In this document: positions 1 through 16,194 of the stretch, in pieces | Layout: every line of letters starts with the position of its first letter | Numbering within the stretch: position 1 is the stretch's first letter | NCBI RefSeq assembly: GCF_009914755.1 | Contig: NC_060925.1 | Reading direction: 5' to 3' (one strand) | DNA: 64,000 nt | From: the human T2T-CHM13v2.0 reference genome, Homo sapiens | Translations under genes and position numbers: made by a program | Notes under the pieces: model-generated | Database searches by the model: none | What the model was told of the DNA's origin: nothing | Seen by the model: only the letters and a program-made list of their open reading frames with translations

Positions 1-360
1 CTGCAGAATCTGGCCAGCCCAGGAGGAAAGATCTGAAAATATATCAGAGATTCCTTAATGAAATGGCTTGGCCAAATCACCTTATGGTGAAGTTCAGTCA
101 ACAGCACCACTCATGGGCTTAGAGCTTTAAACCCAATTTTGATTTCTTATCCTTAAACATAAATAGGGATCTAAGAATCATCAGACAGTTGGGGAAACCT
201 CTACACTAAAGATCAAGACCAAAACAAATGGAGTGGGAGGAGGAAATTGGAGAAAACAAAATTACACAGGTAGAAGAAAACTTTTAAAAGAGTTTTCAGC
301 AATATCTTAAGAAGATAGTAGTATTATAAGAACAGGATATTATTAAAAAGGGGACATTCT

Positions 361-644
361 GACCAGGCTTGGTGGCTCATGCCTGTAATCCCAACACTTT
401 GGGAGGCTGAGGCAGGAGGATTGCTTGAGGCCAGGAGCTTGAGACCAGCCTGGTACAACATAGCAAGACCCTGTCTCTACAAGGAAATTTAAAAAATTAT
501 CAGGGCATGGTGGTGCACACCTATCGTCCCAGCTTCTCTGGAGGCTGAGATGAGAGGATCACTTGAGCCCAGTATTTTGAAGTTATAGTGAGCTATAATC
601 ACGCCACTGCACCCTAGCCTGGGCAAGAGCGAGGATTTGTCTCT

Positions 645-690
<46 letters not shown>
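361..690 (+). mobile_element. AluJ with (CA)21 tail
   Basis: AluJ diagnostics (ggaggattgcttgaggccagg); TSD AAAGGGGACATT at 347-358 and 690-701. Confidence 0.92.
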
Positions 691-692
<2 letters not shown>

Positions 693-719
693 GGGGACAT
701 TTAAAAAAAAAAACTCAAT

Positions 720-1180
720 CCAAAATCATAGAAAATCCTTAGGAGAGAAAAGATGCTTTCAAGAAAGTCCAGGAAGTTCAATATCTAAAAAAAGAACAGA
801 AAACAGAAAGGGACGAAATAATCCACAGAATATTCTAGAAAATTTCCCAGAACTGAAGAACATGATTTCCAGATTGCACAGGAGGTCCAGCAAGTGCCCA
901 GCACAAGGATGAAAATAGACTCCTATCAAAACTGTGAAATTTCAGAATGCTAGAGCCACTGATCCTACACACTTCCATAGAGAGAAACAGTTCCTGTATA
1001 AATAAACAGGATTCAGAATGGTTTCAGATTTCTCAACAGCAATACTGGAAGCTCTAGCTTCTGGGACAATAGATAGATACCTTTAAAATTTTGAATGGAA
1101 ATATCTTCCAGGCTCGAATTCTACCCTCAGTCAAACCATCAATGAAATATGAGGACAAAATAAAGGCATTTAGATATGTA
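720..1180 (+). mobile_element. HAL1/old L1 ORF1 relic, first part
   Basis: Encodes the ENFPELKN motif of L1 ORF1p; contains 'attcagaatggtttcagatttctcaacagcaatactggaagct'. Confidence 0.65.
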
Positions 1181-1189
1181 TCGTTTCAG

Positions 1190-2690
1190 TTGCTCATTAG
1201 GACATAGAAAACCATAGGAGATCGTTATTGTCATACAAAGAGGAAAGGCTGAAAAATCTACAAAATCCTAAACTGTTGTGCGGTGGGTGGGGGGAGCATC
1301 AGAACTGAGGTCACAATGCAACCTGAATTCTAAAAGGAAGGAAGGCGCTCCAAGAATGGAAAGGCCACTTATCTGTTCTACTTCTGGCACAGGAGCAAGA
1401 CATGGTCACCCAAAAAGCAGTTTTAAAAATGGCATTTTGACAAGTTTTTAAAGACCAAGGTGGGCTAGCCTCACAGCTTGCTGAGGGAGTCCACATCCAT
1501 TCACCAGCTCTTTTCTTCAAGCCTGCCCCGGTGCTCTCGAGAGAGACTGTGGCCAGGGCAGGAGATCTTCAGAGGCGCAGGCACCCAGGGCAGCAGGACT
1601 AACTAGAGAGGCCCAGCCATGCCCTGCAGGAGTACAAGATGGTGATCAACTGCCAAAACGTGCCTGTCCCCCTGGACCCTTCTCCGACAGGAAGCCAAAG
1701 CTGTCTGCCCCTCCCACACTCTCACCCTTGTCCCTGCCTTGATACAAGCAAAAGTTGCCTGCCTCTAGGGCAGGGATAGAACCTGCTCCCTTCACTCGGC
1801 ACTGACACTAGGCGAATGCATCTTATTCTGTGGAAGGGGAAGCAAACCCCCTACTGCCAGATATCCTGCACTGATACAAAGCTGGTCTGCAGGTGCTGGA
1901 GGAGGGCAGGACGCTACACCCAAGACCTACCACAGACACTCACGCAGAATGCAGCTGCCACAGGTTAGGGCCAGGAACCTAAACGCACCCCTAAGTTGGA
2001 GGCAACGATTATTGCCACTGGAGAGGGAGCACAGACAGCGAAAGAGCAGGAATGCTGACGCTCAGACACATGGGGCCTAAATACAAGGCTGCAGTGGAAG
2101 AAATGAAAAGCCCCTGCCTCATCTCTTGCACCAGGGAACAAGCATCAGCAGTCTACCCCTGAGGGAGGGACGAAGCCTTGGCTGAAGACCTCCATCGGTG
2201 GCACAGGCCTCCCAGGCTGGAGAAAAACCTTTCGAGACTCCAGGCTTCAGCTAAGCAAGTAGCCACAAAATCTGGGAAAAGTTTGTAAAGTGCACTGAAA
2301 ACAAATACAGCAACCAACGCCAAACCCAGCTCAACTACAAACTAGACTAACTCAATGCCACAAAGTAACGGTGCCTATCCCAGGCAGAAATATTTACTTC
2401 CATCTCTACTGTTATTATAGTAAGACATAAAAAAAAGCGACTCCATAGCCAAACACTACAACAGAAAACAAAGCCAAACTTAGATGGTCCAGGTATCGAA
2501 CTTGCAGATAACTATAATTGATATGCTAAAGGATCTTGTGGAAAAGGTAAACAATATGCATAAACAGATGAGCAGATGGGGATTTTCAGGAGAGAAACTC
2601 CAAAAGCGTCAAATGGAAATGAGAGAAAAACATGATGGCAGACATAAAGGAGCATTTGATGGAATTATCAGACAAACAAGACCTTAAAAA
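1190..2690 (+). mobile_element. Old L1M 5'UTR plus start of ORF1
   Basis: ORF 2484..2687 (ITIIDMLKDLVEKVNNMHKQM) resembles the L1M ORF1 coiled-coil start, preceded by a GC-richer 5'UTR-like stretch. Confidence 0.5.
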
Positions 2691-3180
2691 AATCCTATTT
2701 CAGGAAACTGCTAGAGAATGCACTGCACTGACACAAGTGAGTAAAGCAAAAAAGAGGAAGATATGAACTACAGGAAATGAGACTCAACAGAACACCCAGG
2801 TGAAGGGAATCCCGGGGTAAGCGTGAGGTCTGTGCACCAGGCACAGGGAGAAACCTGCGACATCTGGGCATGTAAGGGGACTCTGGGAGAAACTTCTTCA
2901 GGAAAACCTCTGATGATCTGATTTTGTAGAGGAAAGATTTAGTCAACTGGTTAAGAATTTAAGGAGGAATTCGTGGTAAGTATAGAAAGAACCGAACACA
3001 TTTTAAAACGTCAAAATCATATGAAAAACTTGCAGGAAGAGAAAAATGATCAGTTTCCTACATAGATCACCTGCAAGCAGCATTTACAGTCATAATTTTA
3101 TAAATGCTGAACACACATTTAACCAAAATTTTAACTGTGACAATATATTTTATGATATAACTAAGATATACTATGTCAAG
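2691..3180 (+). mobile_element. HAL1 relic, continuation
   Basis: 'tttcaggaaactgctagagaatg...aaagaggaagatatg...caggaaa...gtgaagggaat' matches the recalled HAL1 consensus. Confidence 0.5.
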
Positions 3181-3289
3181 ACATAGGGGTAAATCCCCTA
3201 ATATTCCGTTAAGAGGCCACAGGATTTGCTTTCTGTAACAGAGGAAATGGGAGTTGCAGGAAGCATGGAAGCACCATTGCTTATCCCTA

Positions 3290-3774
<485 letters not shown>

Positions 3775-4539
3775 TCAGCCAAACAAAAATCCTTTACCTG
3801 TAATAAATGGTCAGCTACCGTTGAAAAAGTAGAAATATTCTATTGAGACAATTTTGAGTCAATCTACTTTGTACTTGACAGTTTAAACCCAAATTTAACA
3901 TGAGTGAAGTCAAACCAATCAACAGTAACGTAACAACTTGAAGGGAGGCCTTGCTGTTTCATTACTCTTGCACATAGTAGGGAGCAAAGCTCAAACAGTT
4001 AAAAAATAAAATCTGATTCATTCTATTAAATCAATGGCAAAAATACACTCAAAAGGTCGACTTAAGAAACATGTTTAACAAATATTAGTAAATCCTGTTC
4101 CTAATTACCAGGGGAAATTTCAGAAGAGTGTGATGGCCTCTATGACGCTTAATTCTAACACTCAACACTCAATTCACTAATTCACTGGTCAGTACAGATA
4201 AATAACAAATAATTTTTCTTTCAACTTGATAGATATCAACCGTTTCTATTGGGTTGAATCTACCATGATATAGTGCAGATTTGGGTCTGTAAAATCTTGC
4301 ACGGGCTCCATTATCTTCCTAAACTATTCCAGGGGTGCTGTATTCCACCGGCTCTGGGTTAGAACGTTCCCAACCGCAGTGATTTGTGACTTCAAAGAAC
4401 ACCCTCGAGAAGGGGTTCCAAAGGTTTTCAGGCTTTAGGGGAGCAACGCGGAATAACCAAATTCTGCATGGATCGGAGTGACGACCCCGATAAGCTAGTT
4501 TTTAGAAGCAGGAAGACTCCCCTCTGGGGCAGCCAAGTA

Positions 4540-5720
4540 GGTAGCACTAGGCTGGGGGGCAAAGAGGCAGGTACCGTTTCCTTCCTGGGGCCCGCAGGTG
4601 CAGTCGGCCCCCAGCTCCGCCGACACCTCCACCGCCCTCTGCAGCAGGTAGCGCGCTCGCTTGCGCGTCAGGGCGTCCGCCTGGCCCAGCCCCGCCTGCA
4701 CCGTCCTCCAGAAGCGCCAGCAGCGCCGGGCGTCCGGGCCCGCCTCGCGCGCGCCGCGGGCGCGGTCGCCGCCGGGCTCGGGCAACAGCTTCTCGGCCAG
4801 GGCGCTCAGGACCAGCAGCTTCTCCTCTACGCGGCCGGACCCCAGGGACGCCCCAGGCGCGGCCAGCCCGCCCCACACGGCCCGCAGCGCCGCCCCGCCA
4901 CATTGGACCAGCACTGGCAGCAGTCGCCCGGCCACCAGCGCCGCCGCGTCCTCGGCAGGCCCGGCCTCATCCCCGTCCCCGCCCCCGCCCAGCGCCAGGG
5001 CGACGGCGGTCCCCGCCACGCGCTCCAGTAGCGGCCCGTCCTCGCGGGGCCGCAAACATGGCCCGACGGCTGCTAGCACTTCCACGGCAGCCTCGGCGCC
5101 AGGCGCGCGCCACCCGGCGAGCAGATCGCGCAGCGCCTCCTCAGCCAGCGCGGCCGCCAGCTGCGGACGCCCGGCCAGGCGGACGCACGAGCGCAGGGCC
5201 GCGCCCGCCGCCCTCAGCACGCGCCGGCGGTGGCGAGGCTGCAGACTGGGGTCCGGGCCGCCCGCGGGGCGTCCGCGCAGGCTCCGCAGCAGTGGCACGA
5301 GGTACCCTGCAGCCACCTCGCGCGCCGCCTCCGGGAGCGCGCCTGCGCCCCCGCTGCCGCGCGCCTCCTCGTCCTCGAGCCGCTGCAGAAGGAAGCGCAG
5401 CGTCTCCACGCGCTCCGCGGATGCCTCCCCTTGGCACAGCGCCCCAAGCAGGGCCCGGGGGTCCCGGCTCTGCGAGAGCAGCGCTTCCGCGAGCACCCAC
5501 TCCATTTGCCGAGCGCCCGCGCCACCGGCCCGGGCTCCCAAAGGAAGGCGCCGGCGTGTGCGATGCGTGCGCACAGGACCGGCCGGCCCCTACGTGCGCG
5601 TGCGCCGACGGAGCCGGGCGCGCGGCCGCAGAGAGGGGGATCCCAGCCCGGCTTGGTGCAGCTCAGCTTCCCTTGGGTTCCTGCCACCAACCCTGCCTAG
5701 ATAGAACCCACCTGGTCTCT
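4540..5720. promoter_or_regulatory. CpG island / TATA-less TARBP1 promoter with NRF1-like and RCGTG motifs
   Basis: Very high GC and unsuppressed CpG. TGCGCGTGCGC at 5595-5605, TGCGTGCGCA at ~5564-5573, TACGTG at 5591-5596. Confidence 0.9.
4575..5505 (-). CDS. TARBP1: TARBP1 coding exon 1 (931 nt, phase-1 end); N-terminal Ala/Leu/Gly/Arg-rich helical region of the tRNA (guanosine-18 2'-O)-methyltransferase
   Basis: ORF 4495..5574(-) contains [44 protein letters not shown]...[11 protein letters not shown], which I recognise as the human TARBP1 N-terminus. ATG is CAT at 5503-5505. Similarity ends at AAC G|GTACCT (donor GT at 4574-4573). The catalytic SPOUT domain lies outside the window. Confidence 0.96.
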
Positions 5721-6019
5721 TATTTTTAGGAGAAACGAGGCCTTCGTTAAAAGTTAATGTAGTATCTACACCAGCTTCATCGATTCCTGATTGGAGGTTG
5801 GTCTGCCCAGGACCCTAAATCAGGCGTGCCTGTGAGCATAAACCAGTTCACAGAAGGTGCACAGCAGAATCACTTTAGATTATTTTCCAAACGTTGCATG
5901 ATGGGCACCATCCACAAAGAGACTGACACAGTAGGTCTGAAATTGGTTCTGGACATCTGCATTAAAAATAAGTCATGAAAACACAAGAATGATTTAGACG
6001 TAAGGCCAGGAGTGAGAAG

Positions 6020-6396
6020 TGTTACCGGTGGAGGGTGTCCAGGTCCAAGAATTGGACAAAGCGCACAAACAAAGCAAAGACAGAATGAAGCCACAAAAGC
6101 AGAGATTTATTGCAAAAGTACACTCCACAGGGTGGGGGCAGACCCAAGCAAGCCGCTCAAGGGGGGCTGGTTACAGAATTTTCTGGGGTTTAAATACCTA
6201 TAGAGGTTTCAATTGGTTACTTGGTGTACACACTATGTAACTGAAGAGGATAAAATGAAGTTACAAAGTTATTTACTTGGTGTACTCCCTATGTAAATGA
6301 AGAGGATATTTCCTGTCATAGCTGAAGTGTTTCTATCTGATTTGGTTCTAGGGAGTTTTTGGATTCCCTGCCTCCAGGCCCTATTCTCCTGCCTTA
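6020..6396 (-). mobile_element. MER51A solo LTR (ERV1)
   Basis: Reverse strand reads T(A)AGGCAGGAGAATAGGG...CCGGTAACA; CCAAT, TATTTAAA and AATAAA occur in LTR order; near-TSD GAAG/GAGG. Confidence 0.8.
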
Positions 6397-6999
6397 GAGG
6401 TACCTATAGCAATGTGCTAGGATTCAGCTAAAACCAAGATGCCCACGCCAGCCCTCACAGCCAAGTGCCCAAGATGACTCCAGGATGCAGAGCCTCCTGC
6501 ACAATGCATGTGCTCCCATGTGCAAACTCAAAAATAGTCCCTGTGTCTGTCTTTTCTGTATTTCTGACAGCATCCATTGCTAAATAGAGAAACAGAAAAC
6601 CTCACCTCGGCATGCATGGTGTGGATTTGGTTCCTGGCTCAATTTGAGACAAACTAGATCAGTGACATAGGGTTTTCTTCGCTACTAAACACAAAGATCT
6701 GCCTCTTAGTCAATAGAGAAAACAGGGTCCCAACTTCAAAGAGCTTGACATATAATAACATAATGGATAAGACAAAAATTAGTTATTTAAATTTACAGTT
6801 ATTTTTATATAAAGTTATCTGACTTTAAGGTTATCTGACATTACACAGGCAAGACTTTTTTCATATTTCAGTCATTCCGTTTTTCATTGACAAAATGCAT
6901 AAATGTTTCTATTTTAAGCCCTTTTAACATGTCAGTAAATATCAATTACCTTCAACATAAAATGTGCAGAAAACTATTGTTTCTGTCAACATATATCTA

Positions 7000-7831
7000 A
7001 CAAATATAAATGGGTAAATGTCTTGAGCACTTAACAAACGAAGATACACAAATGATAAGCACTTGGAAAAGTGTTCAACATCATTAGTCATCAGAGAAAT
7101 GCAAATTAAACCCACAATGAGGTACCACTTCATACTGATGAGAATGGCTAACATGTAAAAGCTCGAAAACACTAAACGGCAAAGACCAAGGGTGTGGAGC
7201 AACTGGAATTCTCATACATTACTGGTGGGCATGAAAACGGTACAGTCACTTTAGAAACTGTTTCTCGTAAAGTTATAATATAGCTGCTTTATGATTCAGC
7301 GATTTCACCCCCAGGTAATTACCTAAAATAAATGAAAACATGTTTCAAAAAAAAAAAGCTTGCAGAAGAATGTTTTTGACAACATTATTCGTTATAGCCA
7401 AAAGCTTATAACAACCTAGTAGGTGTTAGGTAACAACCTACATGTGCATCAAATTGAAGAATGAATAAAAAATTGTGATCTATCTATATAATAATGCTCC
7501 CAGCAATAAGACAATGAATTGCTAATCCGCTTTACATGGATAAGTCTCAGAAACAATATGTTAAACAAAGGAAGCCAGTCACAACGTTTACATCCTCGTG
7601 ATTTCATTTATATGAAATCCAAGAAGAGACAAAAGTAATCTGAAGGATAGAAATGAGAACAGTAGTTGCATATAGGGAGTAGAGATTTGACTAGAATTGG
7701 GCACAAGGGAACTTTCTGGGGTGATGAAAATATTTTATGTTGATCAGGGTGTTGTTACACATTTGTCAAGACTCCTTGAACTGAACCCTTAAGATCTATG
7801 CATTTCGCTCTGCAGAAAGTTTACCTCAATC
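7000..7831 (+). mobile_element. L1M (L1ME-like) ORF2 end plus 3'UTR
   Basis: 'tcaacatcattagtcatcagagaaatgcaaattaaa...caatgaggtaccac' is typical of the L1 ORF2 3' end. Confidence 0.85.
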
Positions 7832-8204
<373 letters not shown>

Positions 8205-8489
8205 CTATGTGTTTTATTCTCTGTTGCCTTCAGAGTAAAGCCTAACTGCAGAGCACAGCATTGAAGGCTTATTGGGATTGGGGAAAAGCCAGCTGGCCTC
8301 ACAGCCTGACTCCCCCTTCTCTGCCCCAGGTCAGGCATGTGGAACTCTCCTTCTTACCCACAACATGTTTGCACTGTCTTCTCTCCCGGAATATTTCCCG
8401 CAACACCACTTTTCTGATTCACCAATGTGGGCAGCGATTCCTAATTGCCAGAGCTGCCCTTTTTCGTTCTTACCTGAATGGACTCTGTG

Positions 8490-10180
<1,691 letters not shown>

Positions 10181-10262
10181 TGAATAGCCATCTCCTCCTC
10201 TATGAAGACCCAAATTTTAAGGCATCTCTCTAAGCAGCCATTCGTAATGCCCCTGGTCATAA

Positions 10263-10583
<321 letters not shown>

Positions 10584-10604
10584 TTCCTCAAACTTTTAAT
10601 TGTA

Positions 10605-10830
10605 GTAATAATAATGGCTAATCGTTACCACACTTATTAAAGACCAGACATGGTAATATCTATCTGTATATATATTATTGCACTTCACCCTCAAAACAAC
10701 TCATAAACGAAGTGTTTTTACTTTTCTTATTTTACAGATGAGGAAACTGAAAATAGGAGAGGTTGAGTTACTTGCCCTGATATTACAGGATGAAAAAAGC
10801 AGCAGAGCTGTCTGACTCAAAGGCTGTGGT
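10605..10830 (-). mobile_element. MIR
   Basis: Core 'ttttacagatgaggaaactga'. Confidence 0.8.
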
Positions 10831-10994
10831 ATTTTCTGCAATACCTCCAAAACATCCAGAAAGAAAAATATACAATTGCCACGTCCAGTGTACTGCCTGT
10901 AGAAATTCTAGATCATAGATGTCTAGCACATAGTAGGTACTCAGTAAATTATGGTTGTATGAATGGATGGAGGTGTAGTTTCTGCAACTACTTA

Positions 10995-11323
<329 letters not shown>

Positions 11324-11833
11324 TACCCCCCCCCCGCAAAAAAATTGGGATTTGGTTTTAATTCATTTGTATACTAAATATCAACATTATTACCAGAAGC
11401 ATGTTAGTTACTCAATAAGTACTTAACCTGGATGAATAAAAATTCAGCATTTTATAGTGATAGAATTCTAAGTTAATCAGCTGGAAAATTTCTAGTGACA
11501 TAATTACCCTTGAAACATGAACATTTGCAAGCTGAAATCGTTGTGGCCTGGTTCAACATGAAACAATACGCAGCTTTGATACACAGAGGCGATCCAGCGT
11601 GTGAACAGCCAGCTACCCCTCCGCATCCTCATGGAGATGAATAGTTGCATTGGAAGCCATATGTGAATAGGATTTAGAATAGTTTTCTTTCCTCATTCCT
11701 TGCAATTTTCCTGCTTCATCCATAGATGAATTAGGGTCGTGACTGTTATTTTAACATCAAAAGCAGGTGTACTATGGATGAGTGTCTGAGTTTTCCTCCC
11801 TTTAAAGTAGTAGAGTTTAGTTACTTCAGTCTA

Positions 11834-12511
<678 letters not shown>

Positions 12512-12934
12512 AAAAGAAGCCTGTGCTTTTGTCATCCTGGATGGGAACGTCCAGCAGGGGCCTCCGAGAAGTCATTTTCTGCCCTGAGATCCCTCCTCCA
12601 CCTCTGCATCCCACAGCTCTGACTACACTGGTTCCAACAAACTTAGAATGTAGAGGTGTTATTGACTACACCTTATATTTTAAAACTCACCATAAGGTGT
12701 CTAAAAATGGCTTTTTATTTCCTTCTGATCTGAAATGGTGCACCTATAGATGTGATTGCTCTGCTGCATCTCTGACTTTAATTCTGACTCTTCTCACTTT
12801 CCCAACTTGAAATGGACACTGCTTCCTTCTTAGTAAGGGTAATGGAGAAAGGAGCAAGAGTAAAAGGGAAATAGAAAGCATAAGTCAGGGAAGCTGATCC
12901 AGATAAATGTTCTTTCAAATGTCTCCTTCCTTCA

Positions 12935-13240
<306 letters not shown>

Positions 13241-13858
13241 AGAGCATTTGCATGGACTCACTGTTTGGGATTTTCAAGGCACACACTGCAGGTGCTTAAC
13301 AGTCTTTTGTAATACCATGAGGGAAGCACTGGGCAAGGGCGCCATGGCACTGTGAGGGCTATAGGACTACGTAATGAATGATAACAATGTTGACCTGAGA
13401 GAGGTACACAGAGCTCCAACCCCACTGAAAAGATGCTTCTTAAATGCACAAATCTTGCATGCGTTCATGGTCCAGAATGCACAGGCAGTTGCATAACCAA
13501 AAACTAGCATCTGTTCAGAAGCTGACATTTCTCTGGACATTAGATGGTGCTGTTGTCAGCGCAGTGTGCTTTTTCCATCCTTTCAACTAAATGTTCATAG
13601 TTGCAAAGTGGAAAACAAGTATAAAAAGAAAGGAAATAGCAATTACATAGCAAGACTTCAGCTATAGCTTTCAGCTGTTTACGTCTAAGGCTCTAAGAAA
13701 GGGAAGGAGATTCTTGATAGGCTCTGTCTGAAATTTTTGCCTTCTGATGTTCCCCCGAAAGCCCTCAGAGAACCTCCGTGGAAAAATGCAGCTGCAGAAT
13801 CATTAACACGTTTATGTTAAGTGCGATATCTAGAAAACTCAAATTCCCAGTGAGGATC

Positions 13859-14400
13859 TGTGGCAGACACCATTCATTATTAACCCCACAACCATCCTCC
13901 CTTCTCCCTCGCTGTCAAACCCTCATTTTTCTCAGGATGGCAACATACTGGCCCTTGGCCAATGGCTTATGTTTAGGCAGCAAACAGGACAAGCCTGTTC
14001 CCTGCTTCTCCAACCATCATTACAAGTCGGGCAATGGGTGCTCTCTGTGTCCTAGTCTTGGACAATGAGACATAAGCAGCAGTCTGCTAGGGATGTGTCT
14101 GGGAAAGCTTTTGCTTCTGATAAAAGGAAAGAAACCATTGTTGCCACAGTTCTCCTCTGTTCCTTCCTGCCTGATCACAGAGTGCTCTCTGGACCTATAG
14201 CTGCCAACTTGAACCCATGAGAGAACAAGCACGAGATGACAAACACCACAAGAAAAGTCGCAGGGGAGAAAACGCAGAGGGAACCTGGGTTCCTTGAAGC
14301 CATTCAACCAATGCTAGCAAATATCTATTTCTTGATAGTCTATAATATGAGAAAAATAAGTCCCTGTTTGTTCAAGCTTCCCTTGTTGAGTTTTCTATAT
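13859..14400 (+). mobile_element. Old MaLR LTR (MLT1J/K-like)
   Basis: Starts TGTGGCAGAC; contains 'caatgagacataagcagcagtctgct...tctgggaaagcttttgct'. Confidence 0.6.
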
Positions 14401-14629
14401 TTCTCTCTGGTACAGGACTCCCACCCAGTTGCTTATCATTTAGTCCTGCTAGCTCCATTAGTTTTGACCACCTCCCGCTTTCCAGGGTTAGGGGCCTCTT
14501 CCTAACGGATTGCCACCATCATTTCTGCCTTGAAACTGACATTCACTGTTGCCCAGACTTGATCGTTTAGACCTATAAAGAAACAGAAACCAACAAGTAG
14601 AATCACCAGAAATCTTTAATCACTGGGAG

Positions 14630-14752
14630 ACACATGTTCATACTGAATGCCTGGGCCTCACCCCAGACCAATTCATCTAGAAACTCTGAGTACAGGGCAC
14701 AATCATCTATACATTTTTTTAAGGTTCCACAAGTGGATTGAGAACTGCTGGT
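14630..14752. mobile_element. MER5A fragment
   Basis: 'atgcctgggcctcaccccagaccaatt...agaaactctg...ttgagaactgctg'. Confidence 0.65.
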
Positions 14753-16194
14753 CTTACTCATACGTTCCCCACTCACATGGCAGATATGCATAATAAATTG
14801 CCAAGGAAAGGAGGGAAAATAGTTAAGTATTGGGATAAGCCATCCTTTCAACATTCAGCAAATCATTCCATTATATATAGATACTGTCTCACCTTGGCTT
14901 GGTCGGCCTTGCTCTTTGGCTGATGGACATAAAGAGAAGCACGGACTACTTAGAGGTTCACTGGACTAACCAAAGGGAGGAAAGGGTGGCCCGCCCAATC
15001 TCATGGTGTCTCCAAGACCATGTTCATATCATACTGACTGCTTCTGTGTGTGTCGCCTGAGACTCCAGTAAAACTGCTATGAACAATTGGAGTCACCAAA
15101 TTTCCCATCAGTTTGTCTTTTAAACACAATCTAAAAGCATTTTAAAAAGAAAAAAAAAGTTCTTATTTCTGCTACTAGCTACTTTCATTTCCTTTTTTTT
15201 TTTTTGCTTTTCTGCAAACAAACCAAAAAAAAGCCTATGCTTAAGTGGGCTGCACCGTGTCAGTATCTGTAAGGTAATCCATGGAGGCTCCTTCTGGTCC
15301 TGGGTCTGGCTTCTTTAGTCTTCAGTCAAATCCATAAGGGTTTGGCAGGCAGAGAATGCAGGATTAAGCCTGCCCATCCAGCCTGCTTCTGAGGCAAAAT
15401 CAGAATTCTCAGGCTCTCTGCCACTGTCAGAATCGCTCACTCTTCTGCTTCTGACAGAGGAAAGAGATGGCAATAGATTCAGTCACACAAGGATTCCTGT
15501 TAAATGATGAATTGTGATGCCATAGAAGGCCGCACATCACTGCGGGGAGAAGTCAAAGCCCAGGGAGTTCTCGCCAGTGTGAGCACGCCAGAGGGGCCTT
15601 TAATAGCTGCATTTGCAATAAAGAAGGAGGTGAAATCCATTACCGGCTGTCTTTATTTTGCTAGCCCACTGATAAGCGATTGAAGTCTAGAGAAAGCGCT
15701 TCCAAGCACGTTTTACCTGCTCCATTTAGCCAGAGACTTGGACATATCAGGCCAATCAAATCATCACCAATAGCAGGAGCTACGGAGGTACTAATAGCTT
15801 TTCCTGGAATACTGGGAATTCCCTTTCCCTACTTTGTAAGTAGGTATCCTTAGAGAGGGTCTGGCAGAGAGTTTTAAATTTTTGTACCAGGACTCAGAGC
15901 CAGAGGGCACTGACTGCCTATTAAGTAGACGTTACTGATTCCTCAGGAGGGTGTGACAGGCTCTTAAGGTGAGCTACTGAAACAGTTTTCAAGGTTTCCC
16001 ACTTGAGGTAGTGTATGGGTTTTTTTTTTTTCTACTTAGGGCAAAAATGGCTTACACCTCACAAAACAGATGCCATTGGCATCAGTCCCCTCTGCAAGGC
16101 AGTTTGCAGGCTTTGTCCTAGTTCTCCTGCAGTGTGGCATCTATGTTTTCTTCCCACTTAAACATGTTGTCTGCTGGGTTCTTTCTTGGTAAAT

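Noticed and set aside
4495-4574. C-terminal tail of the 359-aa ORF (TCLFAPQPS...)
   Set aside because: Intronic read-through past the donor; not part of canonical TARBP1.
4468-5729. Long overlapping ORFs on both strands (347, 223, 187, 158, 156 aa)
   Set aside because: Stop-codon scarcity in a very GC-rich island. The translations are low-complexity Ala/Arg/Pro/Ser shadows of TARBP1 exon 1.
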